In this document: positions 13,014 to 24,393 of the stretch, piece after piece
How positions within the stretch are numbered: position 1 is the stretch's first letter
Layout: the number at the start of each line of letters is the position of its first letter
Assembly (NCBI GenBank): GCA_043228905.1
Contig: JBHGNT010000022.1
Span: 1,674,001 to 1,738,000, forward strand
Direction: 5' to 3'
DNA length: 64,000 nt
Source of the DNA: Azolla caroliniana
Lineage: Eukaryota > Plantae > Polypodiophyta
Made by a program: the position numbers and the translations under genes
Notes under the pieces: model-generated
What the model was told of the DNA's origin: nothing
The model's input: the letters and a program-made list of their open reading frames with translations, nothing else
The model's database searches: none

Positions 13014-14471
13014 ATGAAACCCACCACCATTTCTGCCTCTCCCGCCGCCACCGCCGCCACTTCCATCGCAACCGCTAACTTCTCCTCCCGTGTGTGTCGG
13101 CTCTCTCGCCCATATCACTCTTTTCCCCGCCCATTCACTACCATCCCGGTACCCGTCCCGATCCCCGCCTCCACTCACAATGACGGCAAGAATCGCCACA
13201 CCCTTCTCGTTTGTCAGCTCATTTCCGAGCCCCGGACCACCACGGCAGCACCGCCACAGATCGCCGCGGCCGCCGCCAGCCCCTACACCTCTATGAGAGA
13301 TGACCCCCTTTCCTTCTGGGACAATGACCACACCCCCCTCCACCACCGCCAGCACCCCAGCGCCGCCGCTGAAGAGGAGGCCTTTCGAGTGGCGGAGCTC
13401 CGACTTCTGGCCAATGCCGCCTCCGACCGAGCCGAGATGCACGCTATCCTGGCCGCCCAGCGGGACAACTGGAACAAGCTCTTCCAGCACACTCTCACCG
13501 CCGCCTCCATGACCGCCACCGTCTTGGCCGCCCTCAGCGGCGCCATGGTGGCCGCCCAAATCTCCGCCAATATCGCCAGCCTCACCCTGCCGGCCGCCCT
13601 CCTCAACGCCGGCGGCGCCGCCATGATGTCGGTCATAAACCAGTTCCAGCCCTCTCAGCTGGCGGAGGAGCAGCGGACCGCGGCTCGCCTCTTCCGCAAA
13701 CTGGTGAGCGACATCGATTATGCGATCAAAGCGGCGCCGTATCTCCGGCAGCCATCGGCGGTTGTTCTGCGGGACTGCCGCCGCCGCCTGGAAGCGCTGG
13801 ACAAAGCCTTCCCCATGCCGCTCACGCCGGGCGGCCTCGAGAAGTTCCCATCCCAAATGCTCCCTCCCCTGCTCATCGCCCCTCTGGCCAGGCCAAGCGG
13901 CCCCATCGTCCACGACCAGAGATCCGAAGCCCAAGAAGAAGCAGGGGGGCGGAGCGGCGGCTGGAACGCGGACCTGGAGGCGGAGCTCCGGGGCGTCGCC
14001 GCCCGCCTCCGCCGCTCGGACATTAAGACGTACAGCAGTTGGGCGACGAACGTGGTGAAGATCAACAAATCCCTGGCGATAGCGGCGCCCATGCTAGCGG
14101 CGGCGGCGGCCCTCCTGAACGCGGCACAGCCGGTGCTCGTGGCCGCCGGCCAAATCGGCGCCATCCAACATTTGGGGGTAATGGCGGCCGCCTGCAGCGC
14201 CATGGCGGCATTTGCCGGAAGCTTCTCGAATGACATGCAGATGGGCATGGTGGCGGAGCTGTACCGGAACAGCGCCGGGTACTATGCCAACATAGAGGGC
14301 TCCATCAATGAGGCGCTGGATGCCCCCGTGGAGGAGCGTGAAAACGGGGAGCTCTTCCGGCAACGGGTTGCGTACGAGCTGGGCCGATCCCCGACTGCCT
14401 CCGCCTTAATCCCGGCCGATGACACCACCACCATCACCGAATCACCTGCCCCAGCAGGGACTCTCTTTTAA
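13014..14471 (+). CDS. At4g22030-like / PF14476 family protein, paralogue 2; intronless, with a predicted plastid transit peptide
   Basis: Same family motifs as paralogue 1 plus C-terminal ERENGELF...AGTLF; N-terminus rich in S/T/A/R/P and poor in acidic residues; first ATG at 13014 in the same GTTATGAA context as paralogue 1. Confidence 0.92.
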   Translation: MKPTTISASPAATAATSIATANFSSRVCRLSRPYHSFPRPFTTIPVPVPIPASTHNDGKNRHTLLVCQLISEPRTTTAAPPQIAAAAASPYTSMRDDPLSFWDNDHTPLHHRQHPSAAAEEEAFRVAELRLLANAASDRAEMHAILAAQRDNWNKLFQHTLTAASMTATVLAALSGAMVAAQISANIASLTLPAALLNAGGAAMMSVINQFQPSQLAEEQRTAARLFRKLVSDIDYAIKAAPYLRQPSAVVLRDCRRRLEALDKAFPMPLTPGGLEKFPSQMLPPLLIAPLARPSGPIVHDQRSEAQEEAGGRSGGWNADLEAELRGVAARLRRSDIKTYSSWATNVVKINKSLAIAAPMLAAAAALLNAAQPVLVAAGQIGAIQHLGVMAAACSAMAAFAGSFSNDMQMGMVAELYRNSAGYYANIEGSINEALDAPVEERENGELFRQRVAYELGRSPTASALIPADDTTTITESPAPAGTLF

Positions 14472-14537
14472 AATTTCTCAGAGGATGAATTGGGGAGGGG
14501 TTGGGGCACCAAAATTTTGTATATATTGTAGAGCTCG

Positions 14538-14834
14538 GAAATTGAATTCCCATCTCATGTTCATCTCTGTTTTTAATCCCACAGGGAAAAAATTAACATG
14601 CATAATGAAGATTGGTTTACAAGATATCTTTGTGTATACATACATATATATATTATAAAGGTATTAGACATCATCATCATTTACCCAGGAAAGAAATTTG
14701 AATTCCTATCCTCATGAATCTGTTGATTAATCAAAGAGGCAAAATTGATGCATTAACTGGTTTGCAAAAGATTTCTGAGTATATATGTATAGATAAGATT
14801 AGACATCTTTCCCTAAGCAAGAAATTGAATTCCT
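14538..14834 (+). repeat. Degenerate ~130-155 bp tandem repeat in the 3' flank of gene 2
   Basis: GAAAT(T)TGAATTCC at ~14538, ~14693 and 14821; TGGTTT.CAA and ATTAGACATC recur in the first two units. Confidence 0.65.
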
Positions 14835-15071
14835 TGTTAAGATTAACTGCTTACACCACAAAATGATAAAACATTACTTACGAAGATAAAGACAAAATAA
14901 GAGTTACACAAGAACAATAAGGAAAAAGACAACAACAACAATTACAAAGAAGTAACGGTCACCCTTTACTTCTATGTATGTATATATATGTATTAAGTAT
15001 TGTTTAGTAGTGTGTGTGTGGTACTACATCTGAGTTGTTAATGTAGGTTCTTAATATAATATACACCTTGA

Positions 15072-15206
15072 TCTACATTGTTCCAAAATCTCTCTCTCTC
15101 TCTCTCTTGTCAATCCCTTCCATTATGTTCTAACCTGTCTACATTGTTCCAAAATCTCTCTCTCTCTCTCTCTCTTGTCAATCCCTTCCATTATGTTCTA
15201 ACCTGT
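15072..15206 (+). repeat. Tandem duplication (~67 bp, contains (CT)n) in the 3' part of the element A LTR
   Basis: TCTACATTGTTCCAAAA(TC)nTTGTCAATCCCTTCCATTATGTTCTAACCTG twice. Confidence 0.9.
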
Positions 15207-17803
15207 TTTACATGGTATCAGAGCCAGGTTGCACAATCTGAATCTCATACTCCTCTATAACCAACAAAACTCACCACAGATTATTTTAGATAAACAAATC
15301 TCAATACTATCACTATGGCAAGCTCAAGCAGGAAATATACCTTGGACAAATTGATAGAGAAAAACTACAAAACTCGGAAGACTTGGATGGAGCTTTTGCT
15401 TGATGATGACGAGCTCCTCGAAGTCACAACTAGCGCTAGTCCAAAACTTGAAAATAAAAAATCAAACGAATGGAACTAGTGCCGAAAGCTGGATAAAAGA
15501 GTTGGACTAGATAAAATGTTAAATGTAGATGAAAAACAGTTAGAAGTTATTCGAAAACTCACATCTGCAATTGCGATGTGGGCAAAACTGAAGGAACTAT
15601 ATGAACCTCAAGATGATACAATTAAACTTTATACTTTAGCTACCTTGTTTAATATGTGTGTTTTACAGGAAGAAGAAGATGTCCCTACCTTCTTATCAAC
15701 CTGGGAGGCAACCATGGATGATGCAACTACTGCCGACAATTGCATCTCAGAAGACATCAAGATTGGATCAGTACTAAGCAAACTCCCTGAATCTTGGGGA
15801 ACATTTATCACTATGCATAGTAGCACCGCAACATTATCTAAGCTACTAACTAAGATCCACCATGAAGACATTTGATGACAAAAGAAGAATAATGCTCAAC
15901 CGGTCGCAATGGCAGTCTCCATGAATCGATTCCAAAGGGGTCATCCAACAAACCAACAAAGGTACAGACCTGATAAAGTAAGAAATAGTGAATCTAATAA
16001 TAAAACATACACTTTAAAGAGTGAAATACAAAAATACTATGGGAACAACTCACGGCAAAATGGAAGCTTTAGAATCATCTGTAGATATTGCAAGAAGGAA
16101 GGACATACTGAGCGAGTATGTCGCCTCAAGCAAGCAGAGAAGAACTCCAACCGACCCCAGACACATAATGTGGTTATCCAACAAGAAGATGATAGAAATA
16201 TAGAATAGTCTTTTGAAGAGGAACGTGAACAAAACGGAGAACATGAGGAAGAAGAGTACATTCAAGCATATCATGCAAACACACTTGAAGAAAATCAAAA
16301 TGAAGATGATAGCACCTGGTTCTTGGATATTGGAGCTACTCACCATCTAACATATCGAAAAGATTGGTTGGACAACTATCAAGAGCTCCCAATGCCATTG
16401 AAGGTCACCTTCAGAAACAAAGGTAAAAAAGTGGTGGTTGGGAAAGGTAATATTAAATTAAGGCTCATTAGTAATCATCTTGTACAAATTTCAGATATAT
16501 ACTTTGTGCCTGGAATTGCAAAACGTCTATTGTCAATGGGACAAGCTACTGCAAAAGGAATGACAATAAAATTCAACAAACAACAAGCTACCCTATATAT
16601 CCAAGATGACCAACATGAGATAAAAATTGTATCTCCAAAACAAGGGCAACTATATCCTGTCAAGGCAAATCAAGGAGAAGTATTAACTGCTGAAGTACAT
16701 CAAGGAGGAGTAGACAATTTGTCCCCCACCTATCTATGGCATTGCATGCTCGATCATCTACATACACCAACACTCAAGTTGTGTCAAAATCAGAACCTGG
16801 TAAGAGGTTTACCTTCCAAAATCTTTAAATCTATTGATATTTGTGAAGAATACTTGTATGGGAAAATGGCTCAAAAATCATTTCCACTAAGTAACTCAAA
16901 GACAAAGGAACTACGTCAACTTGTTCACTTGGATGTACGTGGATTGATAACTCCCAACTCACTCTCTGGAGCAAGGTACTTTATAACATTCATTGATAAC
17001 GCTTCGCGATTCATAATGGTTAGCTTTCTTAAACAGAAGGGAAACGTATTCAAAGCATTTTGTGCATATAAGAGCTTTGTTGAAAAATCAAACACAACTT
17101 AAAGTCAAAGTAATAAGAAGTGACAATGGTGGGGAGTTTGTTTCACAAGAGTGAGAGGCCTTTAACAAAAAAAGTGGTATATTTCATCAAAAGTCAACTA
17201 TTTCCACACCTCAACAAAATGGGATAACCGAGAGAAAGAATTGCACCTTATTAAATCCGTTGTCTTGCCTTTCGACGTTGGATCGTTGCGTGCGTCAGGA
17301 GGGAACCGCTGGGGTTTTGAACTAGGAGGAGGAAGAATTTGAGACGAGTCTAGTTATGAATAGATTGCAAAAGAGAGAGAGAGATAGGAAACTCGTGAAT
17401 CCCATGAGTATAGTGTATTAATCAATACTTAGATAAAAATATTAATTAAGATTGAAAGAGAGAAATAGATAGAAAACTCGTGAATCCCACAAACATAATT
17501 TATTAGTTTTATTAATATTTAAAACCCTAATAATAAATTAGAATAGATTGGAAGAGAGAGATATAGAAAACTTGTGAATCCCACAAGTATAATGTATTAT
17601 ATTAATCATTATTTTTGAACCCTAATGAATTTTCACCCATAATTTTCTCCTCCCCATTACAATTTACTCCCATCCTTATATAGCGATGGGAGAGGCTTAG
17701 CAATTCATGCTTTCTCTAACTATAGACTTTATGCTTTCTTTTAACTTTATGCTTTTTCTAAACTCATGCGTTTTTATCGACTATAGTGTTCATGCACGCA
17801 CGC

Positions 17804-18930
17804 TGTCGTGAAGATCCGTCACTACGAGCGGATCGTGAGGCGGAACTGCCGGGGTCTTGAACCGGAAGGATTCGAAGTTTGTACTAGTTTAGCGAAAAAG
17901 TATTTAAGATAGATTGGGAGAGAGAGATTGAGATAAAGATTCCAATTTTAAAACAGGTTTAGAATGATTGAAATAGAAAGAGAGATTAAGATTGAACTCT
18001 TGACTTTAGATTTGAAGAACAAGGTATATCATCAAAAGGATAACAAATTTTCTTCTTAATATTAATTTTGATATAATTTACAAAGCTTGCTTGATAAAAA
18101 TCCCCCTTTTTCTTGATTCCTTCACTCTTTTATAGATGCCCCCATGCATATGGTGCATGTGAGGGTGCAAGACATGCACGAAATGCATGAAATGCATGCA
18201 ATGCATGCTTACCATGTCATCATCTAAGCTCTCACACATGAGAATTTACATGTAAAGCTATAATGATAAAAATATAATCCCTAAAGAAATGATTTGGCTT
18301 AATGGTAAGCCTATTGTTTCCTATCTTGGAGGTGTTAAGTTTGAGTCTTGCTTAAGTCTTTTTCTTTTATGCACAAAATACTATTAGGTTTTTGGACCAA
18401 ATATCTTCAAGACACCATGCACCGCGATCAACTGACCCGACCGATCTGTCCGATTTGCATCCGTTTGGTCCGGCTGAGTCCGCATCCCGAGTCGCTTGCC
18501 GGTCACCGGCTCCGTCGCCGGTTGCTGCCGGTTTTGGTTGGCCAAAAACTTTACAAGTAGCTAGGCCACACCACTCATCCAATTAACTTAGTTCAAGTAA
18601 GCTTGAACTCTCTATGCTCCACACATAAACACAAAGAAAATAGCTTTTGCTCTGCGTTATATAAGGTGGGATCCTTATTTGTCTTGTCTATGTGGGATAT
18701 CTCATAGTTTTATCTTTCTCTTTTTCTTTGCAAACTTCCTACCCACATAACTTGAGACTTAGATGTCCGTTTGTACTGTAGTAAAGTGCATTCGAAAGCT
18801 CTTGAAGACCTCCACCTTTTTGTACCAAGATATTAAAATAGTAATTTCACTATTATTGTTTTATATTATTTATACTCGATTTCGTATGTTTTATGCGATT
18901 TTCACACCATTGCCGAAAATCTTCACGACA
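17804..18930. mobile_element. Solo LTR inserted into the element B LTR
   Basis: Termini TGTCGTGAAGAT...ATCTTCACGACA (12-bp inverted repeat); 4-bp TSD ACGC confirmed against the empty site in the sister LTR (~21391); terminus shared with the young gypsy LTR. Confidence 0.85.
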
Positions 18931-19263
18931 ACGCTAGGTGTGCATGTGTAGTTTTTTTTTTTTCAATCATATGTTTTTCTTCTAACTAAAGCTTTTTTCT
19001 AGAAAATATGCGTGAAGTAACCTTTCTATGTGGGATATCTGTTTTTCTAACACTCATGATGTGTTAGTATAATGGTAAGGCTTTAAATTATTAACATGGA
19101 GGTATAGGGTTTGAGTCTTTCCCTATTATATGCATATAATACATATTTTAACATTCAATCGATTATTTTATACATTTTTCACGTAGTGTACAAACTACAC
19201 TACGACACTCACCCCCTCCGAACTTGCACATCCTCTGGTATGTGCTGAAGTTGCCAGAGCTTG

Positions 19264-20831
19264 TTATTCTCCTTCATCTATAATACCCTCTGTTTCTCCT
19301 GCTATGTCGACTTTGTCTCTCCATTTTGAGCATGTCCATTCCTTCCACCGGAACCATTGTCGCCATCCAATCCACCATATTCTTCGTTCACTCTTTGCAT
19401 TGCCATGGCCGGTTGTCATGGCTCCTTGTGCTCCTCCTACGCTTAATCCTTCATGTCTCGTGCATGTGCCACCTTCGTCCCGATTGTCTTCTTGGTCAAG
19501 GCACTTCGACCCATCATTTATTCTTGTTTCGTGCCTTCCTTCCCAAGGATTTGTCCGAATACCGACATTGACTATCCCATGTAGACCCTTCAAGTGCATG
19601 TTGTCATGCTTCTCACTTTGTCCACCTTCGTTGTACAATCTTGCTTTAGAGTTGACAATCTTCATGTTAGAGCTCTCTTTCTCTGTCTAGATCTCATCCT
19701 TAGTAGCACCCTTCAAATCCTCTTGGCCCGCTTGGTCCTTGTCATCCGTGGTAGTGTCTTTGCTTGGCCTCTTCCTTGTCTTCATCAACATCGACTTCTT
19801 TCCGAATCGGTCTTGTCCGATCGGCTTTTGATTGGAACGATTTCCGTCTGGGTTGGGCTCGACCAATTGGATTTTGGCCAAATCCACTTCCGCCTGGTTC
19901 GGCTTTTGTTTAGGCTAGAATTCCGGTCGGATCATCTTCCATCTTGACCCTCTTCCGGCTTTACGTTCCTTTACTACCACCTCCCGTCTCTCCGGTCTCA
20001 CGTTGGTTGTCGGACACAACCGCCGAAGTCTCTAGAATTAGTGGACAAGAATCCTTGATATTATCTTCCTTTGTTGTTTCGCACATAGCCACCTCCTCGG
20101 CTATCTCTTTGTCGTATGCATCGTATTCGACCTTCGTTTCCTCACTGCCACCTTCTGTCTCTTCGGGCTCACATTGGTTCTCAGACGCAATTGTCGAAGT
20201 CTCTGGAATTAGTGGTGGGAAACTCTCGACACGACCATTCGCCATTGACTCGTCCATAGCCACCTCCGATTTGATGCCATCTTTCGTGGCTACCTCCTTA
20301 ATCACGTCCACCTCACACTCTTTATCTCCCTCGATCATGCAAGAATCAATTTTGCGAACACCACTTCAAGGGTGGAAGAAGGTTTCTCAAGTCATCGACC
20401 AATCGTTCTTTCGCAAGAAGAGAGGATGGCTTGTTCCACACCCTTCTCCGATTGGTCTTCTCCGATGCCACCCATTCGTCGAACTCGCATCGATCTTGTC
20501 CCTTCGGTCTCTTGTAGTCATATGCCTATTGTAAAGCTTATTCAAAGGACCCCCACGTCGGGTTTTGTTGCCGTATCTTGTGGATTCTCTCTTGTAGCTC
20601 ATCCGTGGCCACCCGATTGAAGGATATGACCTACAATCTTTTAGATATCCCACATTGCATCATCTCTACCTTGTAGTCACATAAATAGCGTGACACGTCT
20701 TTTCCATTGAATTACCTGTTTCTTTTCACGAGCTGCTCTACTACCACTACGATCTCCGACATCTCACGTTGTTCTTGCAACATCCACTTGAACATCATCA
20801 TCATGTTGATCACCTCTTGCGGATTCTCCAT
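19264..20831 (-). pseudogene. Decayed gag of element B with an acidic, internally repeated C-terminal extension
   Basis: Through stops reads FNGKDVSRYLCDYKVEMMQCGIS...FNRVA...TWGSFE...EFDEWVAS, aligning to young Gag FDGRDATKYLASYGAEMLMRDIP...FPRVA...TWEEFE...RFMEWVES; lower boundary approximate. Confidence 0.7.
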
Positions 20832-23663
20832 CTCCTTGCCACTTGTCTTCACGTCAAGTTCACCAAGTGTATCGTGCCTTTCGACGCAGGATCGTTGCGT
20901 GAGTCGGGTGGGAACCGTTGGGGTTTTGGACTAGGAGGAGGAAGAATTTGAGATGAGTCTAGTTATGAATAGATTGCAAGAGAGAGAGAGAGAGAGATAG
21001 GAAACTTGTGAATCCCACGAGTATACTGTATTAATCAATACTTAGATAAAAATATTAATTTAGATTGAAAGAGAGAAATAGATAGAAAAATCGTGAATCC
21101 CACAAGCATAATTTATTAGTTTTATTAATATTTAAAACCCTAATAATAAATTAGAATAGATTGGAAGAGAGAGATATAGAAAACTTGTGAATCCCACAAG
21201 TATAATGTATTATATTAATCATTATTTTTGAACCCTAATGAATTTTCACCCATAATTTTCTCCTCCCCATTACAATTTACTCCCATCCTTATATAGTGAT
21301 GGGAGAGGCTTAGCAATTCATGCTTTTTCTAATGATAGACTTTATGCTTTTTCTAAACTCATACGTTTTTATCGACTATAGTGTTCATGCACGCACGCTA
21401 GGTGTGCATGTGTAGTTTTTTTTTCTTTCTATCATGCGTTTTTCTTCTAACTAAAGCTTTTTCCTAAAAAATATGCGTGAAGTAACCTTTCTATGTGGGA
21501 TATCTATTTTTTAACACTCTTAACATGGAGGTATAGGGTTTGAATCTTGCCCTATGCATGTAATACATATTTTAATATTTTCTTCTTTTTCTTCATATTT
21601 ATTCAATCGGTTATTTTATATGTTTTTCACGTAGTGTACAAACTACACTACGACACTACTAAGAATATGCTGAAGACGAGTGGAATGGACTCAAGAGTAG
21701 CCACAACTTGTTACCTACAAAATAGAACTCCTCACCAAGGTATAGAAGGACAAGTTCCATACACCATGTGGTATGGGTATGCACCTGAGATATCACATCT
21801 TCAAGTATTTGGAGCAAACGCATTTGCATACATATTGCCAAGAGAACAAAACTTGAGGATTGGTGCATCAAAGGAAAATTTATTGGATATGGGGAGCCAT
21901 ATGGAGTAAAAGCATACAGATTTTACCTTTTGGATACCGGTGAAATAATTTTTAGTCGTTTTGTGGAGTTTGATGAGAAAGTCTATTTTCTAGGTCATCA
22001 TATGTAATGAAAGAAACTAGGAGTGGACACCCTACAAATGAAATCACAAATTTTCAAGCAACAACAATGGAATCTGAAAATGATAGGACAACAACAGAGA
22101 ACTCACTAAATGAATGCATGATTGTTGGTGACAATCGAATTACAACATCCTCTTCTACATACCCACTACCATCAACACAATCTAGTGCATCTTACATATA
22201 GAAATTTGAGCCTCTACAACATAATAATGAAGAAAAACACATGGAGAGTTGAATTCTATGAAATCACATCATCAACATTGGAGCAACATCGGGATCCCTC
22301 TAATCAATACATTGATCTACACAACAATCATGGTGCACCAACAACTAATGGAATAGAAAACAAAGGTAAGAAACTCAATCAATTACCTCAGTTTTAGATC
22401 TCAACCACTCAAGATGAGGGGTTGATGACCTCCGTTGCCAAGCCCACCACCAAGTCCGTGGCCACCAAATCAACCACTTGAAGTCTTGAACCTGAGGATG
22501 TGTTTGTGTGCCGCCAACAACTCAACACCTCTTCTTCAACATCCAAATGTCATTGTGAATCTGAACATACAAGTTCAAGTCACCTACAACCCTACACCTC
22601 CTCAACATATCCTTGAAATCTCGAAATTGGTAGTCAATTTGTCGGCTGATTTGTTGCTCAGAGCCTTGAAGCTAAATAGTTGTATGCTCGAAGCCTTGAA
22701 ATAGATGATCAGTCCACTGCCCAATCTATTACTCGAAGCCTCGAACGTGATCATATGAGTGGTGAACACATGATACCCTGTGCATCCTCCGTGATCGCAA
22801 CAAAACAAAGCTCTAGATATGAGAATATGGGTCTCGGCCGCCAAAAACCCTGCAACTCCTCTACATCCACAGAATGTAGAAGCCCTCAGTTTGAGGAAGT
22901 GGGTGTTAGCTGCATGCAAGCCTGCAACTCTCCAAATCAACCTTAAAAGACAAAGAAATTAGGGATAAAAAGACTAAGGTAAGGTTAATTAGTGACATCT
23001 ATGACGCAACTAAGGACGAGGTGCTTGAAAAGTCGACATGTCACTTTGTAACAAAGACGGAGTTTGACATATCCATCTTTGCAGCCATCATTGAAGGAGA
23101 CAACTATGACACGGCCCCAATTATCACCTTCAAGCAAGCATTAAAAAGTAAAGAAAAACAAAATTGGGTTGCGGCTATTAAATCTGAATTCTTGGCACTC
23201 CAAAAGAATCACACATGAACATTAGTACCTCGGCCTTCTAACTCCAATGTAATCAGTTGTAAGTGGCTTTTTACAAAGAAATATGATGCTTTAGGTACTC
23301 TTGTGAGGTTCAAATTGAGATTAGTGGCTCGAGGATTCTCACAAATACTAGGTGTGGACTACCATGAAACTTTTTCACCCACTCTAAAAATCACAACACT
23401 CCGATTGATTCTTGCCATGATGGCATATTTAAATGTTGAACTTCACCATGTTGATGTTGAAACAATGTTTTTGCATGGTGATTTAGAAGAAGATATATAT
23501 TATATGGAACAACCCCAAATGTTAGATAATAATATAGACCTTGATTATGTGTGTAAACTCAACAAACCTCTATATGGCCTAAAATAATCTTCTAGATAAT
23601 GGTAGGCCAAGTTTCATAGGTTCCTCCTATCAATCAAATTTCAACAACTTCAATCAAAACCTC

Positions 23664-24393
23664 TACCTCGTTGGCTAGAGATACTTCCAACGAGGTTGTT
23701 TGGTTTATCAGACCCTGGAAGGCATTCATGTGCTCCACCATACTGGAGTCGTCTTGATATCTAAGTCTCACTAACTTCTGGAAGATCGAGACTCGATTTA
23801 TGACATTCTTGTTCTCAAACATGATGCCTATCTTCTCCCAAAGTTCATGAACCTTACTCTGTTCATTGTAGTTGTTGTACAAGCTCATGTCGATGAAGCA
23901 TCGAATATAGGATGTCTTCTTCATATGCATCACCTCCCATGTTGATGCATCAATCTTTTCTGGCCTTTTGTCCCTGAATTGTACCGACATCCAGAGTTCT
24001 TTAACCACTTCCATGTCCCTCATCTTCAACTTCCACACAGAGTAGTTGGAGCAGGTGAGCTGGAACATGCCGTTGACTAGATCTTCCATGCTCTGATACC
24101 AGATTGTGTGGAATAGTGCTCGACCACAACCGAGTCTCACTCACTCATTGGAAGAAAATAGAAAATAGAAAATAAGACAACGCAATGTATTAACATGGAA
24201 AACCTCAAGAGGCAAAACCACGGGATCACTATAGAGGAGAGGTACAATAATGTGAGACTCAGAGGCAACGAGCTCGAGCTCTACCTTCGCCAACCTGTAG
24301 TTACAATAGAAAAGCTTTCTGTATCTATTTATAGTTATATAAATTTGGGGCTATTTACAAATATGACCTCAACGGTCACATCTAAATATATTA
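23664..24393 (-). mobile_element. Truncated Tnt1/Tork-like copia element C2: part of the 5' LTR, PBS and gag N-terminus
   Basis: PBS 24090-24101 followed directly by MEDLVNGMFQLTCSNYSVWK, homologous to element E gag; LTR part 24105-24393; fused to element A RT at ~23663. Confidence 0.85.

Larger units (their letters stand above)
17261..21655 (-). mobile_element. Non-autonomous gag-only Ty3/gypsy derivative (element B)
   Basis: Direct LTRs 17261-19207 (interrupted) and 20870-21655; degenerate tRNA-Trp PBS TGGTGAACTTGACGTGA 20849-20865; PPT 19208-19220; ~1.66 kb internal region with no pol motifs. Confidence 0.85.
14835..23662 (+). mobile_element. Ty1/copia element A, decayed and 3'-truncated within RT; interrupted by element B
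   Basis: Probable LTR TGTTAA(14835)...TTTTACA(15212); PBS TGGTATCAGAGC 15213-15224; gag knuckle CRYCKKEGHTERVC; protease WFLDIGAT; integrase split at 17260/21656; RT RLVARGFSQ...LYGLK; many stops. Confidence 0.85.

Noticed and set aside
7101-14363. Long antisense ORFs over both host genes (e.g. 7101-7805, 12990-13934)
   Set aside because: Expected shadow ORFs of very GC-rich coding sequence; no independent motifs
6991-14471. Calling the genes F-box proteins
   Set aside because: The name is inherited from At4g22030 annotation; no F-box motif is visible in either protein
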